A DNA stretch of 7,415 nt. Origin: a virus (lineage: Duplodnaviria; Heunggongvirae; Uroviricota; Caudoviricetes). The stretch spans positions 1 to 7,415 of the IMG/VR virus record IMGVR_UViG_2617270973_000012. One strand, given 5' to 3'. Under the pieces are notes generated by a model. The model saw only the letters and a list, made by a program, of their open reading frames with translations. It had not been told where the DNA came from and made no database searches. Positions 6,621-7,415 of the stretch are shown in pieces. Both the position numbers and the translations under genes were made by a program. Positions within the stretch are counted from its first letter, which is position 1. Each line of letters starts with the position of its first letter.

Positions 6621-7415
6621 TCAGGCGGTGAAAGTACCAATAAAGGTTTCTACTTTGCTGTCTTTAAATTTCTCAACAAGCAGATCACGAAATTCGTTAG
6701 CCATTTCTTCCTGCACCGCTTCCAGCTGAATAATGCGCAGAACCAGTACAGGACGATCGCCAGTGATAATGCTGAGGCGTAATTTAAACGGACGTTCTTT
6801 CAGGCCTTCAAACGGAACGCATTTAAATTCAAATGCCACTGGCATAATGTCTTTGGTCTTCGCTTCGACAGACTCCATCAGAGAGCGTTTGCCGCTGAAG
6901 TCATTGTCTTCAAAATCAGCGGTCTGGTTCGCTTCAATTGTGATTTTACGGACCGCCGCAGCCGCTTTGGTTGCCTGAATGGCGTCACCATTAGCATCAA
7001 AGCCCACAAGGTAGTCGGCCCAGTCTTCAATCCATTCTGCCAGTGACTTCTGGGAGTTACGCTCGCCATTAACAGACAACAGAGCAGAAAACGGTGCTGT
7101 CTTTTTCAGTTTGAGGGTGGCGGTGTTATCTGCGTGACCTGGTTCATCAATAGTCCCCAGGTTAAGCACACTGACGGCTCGCATATTATCGGCATCGATA
7201 AAGCAGCGGGTGCCTTCATCTGCAAGATCTTTAGAATAACGGGTAAAGTCATCGATGCTGGCAGTGGAAAGCGCACCACGGAAACGGAAGCGATTTAAAT
7301 TAAATTTTTCCAGATCATGAATGCGGAAATTCTCAGGCAATGCCACAGCATCGGCACCAATCTTACTAATAATTTCATTAACACCCTGAGCAGAAATAAG
7401 GGCATGGATTTGATT
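6621..7415 (-). CDS. yfdQ: DUF2303-family protein (YfdQ-like), 5' end beyond the window
   Basis: I translated the minus-strand frame beyond the ORF-track GTG at 7346 and it stays open to the window edge (…[30 protein letters not shown]…). The resulting length of at least 264 aa is consistent with the roughly 274-aa YfdQ family. Stop at 6621. Confidence 0.55.
   Translation of the reverse strand, partial: NQIHALISAQGVNEIISKIGADAVALPENFRIHDLEKFNLNRFRFRGALSTASIDDFTRYSKDLADEGTRCFIDADNMRAVSVLNLGTIDEPGHADNTATLKLKKTAPFSALLSVNGERNSQKSLAEWIEDWADYLVGFDANGDAIQATKAAAAVRKITIEANQTADFEDNDFSGKRSLMESVEAKTKDIMPVAFEFKCVPFEGLKERPFKLRLSIITGDRPVLVLRIIQLEAVQEEMANEFRDLLVEKFKDSKVETFIGTFTA

Noticed and set aside
1-7415. 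CRISPR array, tRNA/att site, rRNA, transposase or IS element
   Set aside because: No regularly spaced direct repeats, no tRNA-like T-loop/acceptor sequence, and no transposase-like ORF or terminal inverted repeats seen on either strand. The prophage att and int are presumably outside the window.

Overview
This window reads as part of an enterobacterial (E. coli-like) lambdoid prophage of the CPS-53/KpLE1 type, joined to an AT-rich accessory island. From about 2558 to the right edge, the minus strand carries a tightly packed early-left operon with overlapping stop/start codons: a DUF2303 (YfdQ-like) protein running off the window, an HD-domain phosphohydrolase (YfdR-like), a PAPS-reductase-family PP-loop protein, three small ORFs, a DUF551-type protein, a DEDDh 3'-5' exonuclease and a PrtN/excisionase-like DNA-binding protein. 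A perfect 10-bp-stem bidirectional terminator at 2521-2544 separates this operon from the left part (1-2550). The left part is visibly more AT-rich and is transcribed on the plus strand. It holds an orphan 235-aa ORF with its own terminator, a roughly 680-bp non-coding region, and a two-gene operon driven by a near-consensus sigma70 promoter. That operon encodes a Panacea/DUF4065 (SocA/PanA-like) protein followed by a protein with an acidic N-terminus and two C-terminal transmembrane helices. I consider this pair the best candidate for an undescribed toxin-antitoxin or abortive-infection module. All family assignments come from reading motifs and from memory, not from any search. No rRNA, tRNA, CRISPR array or transposase was seen.
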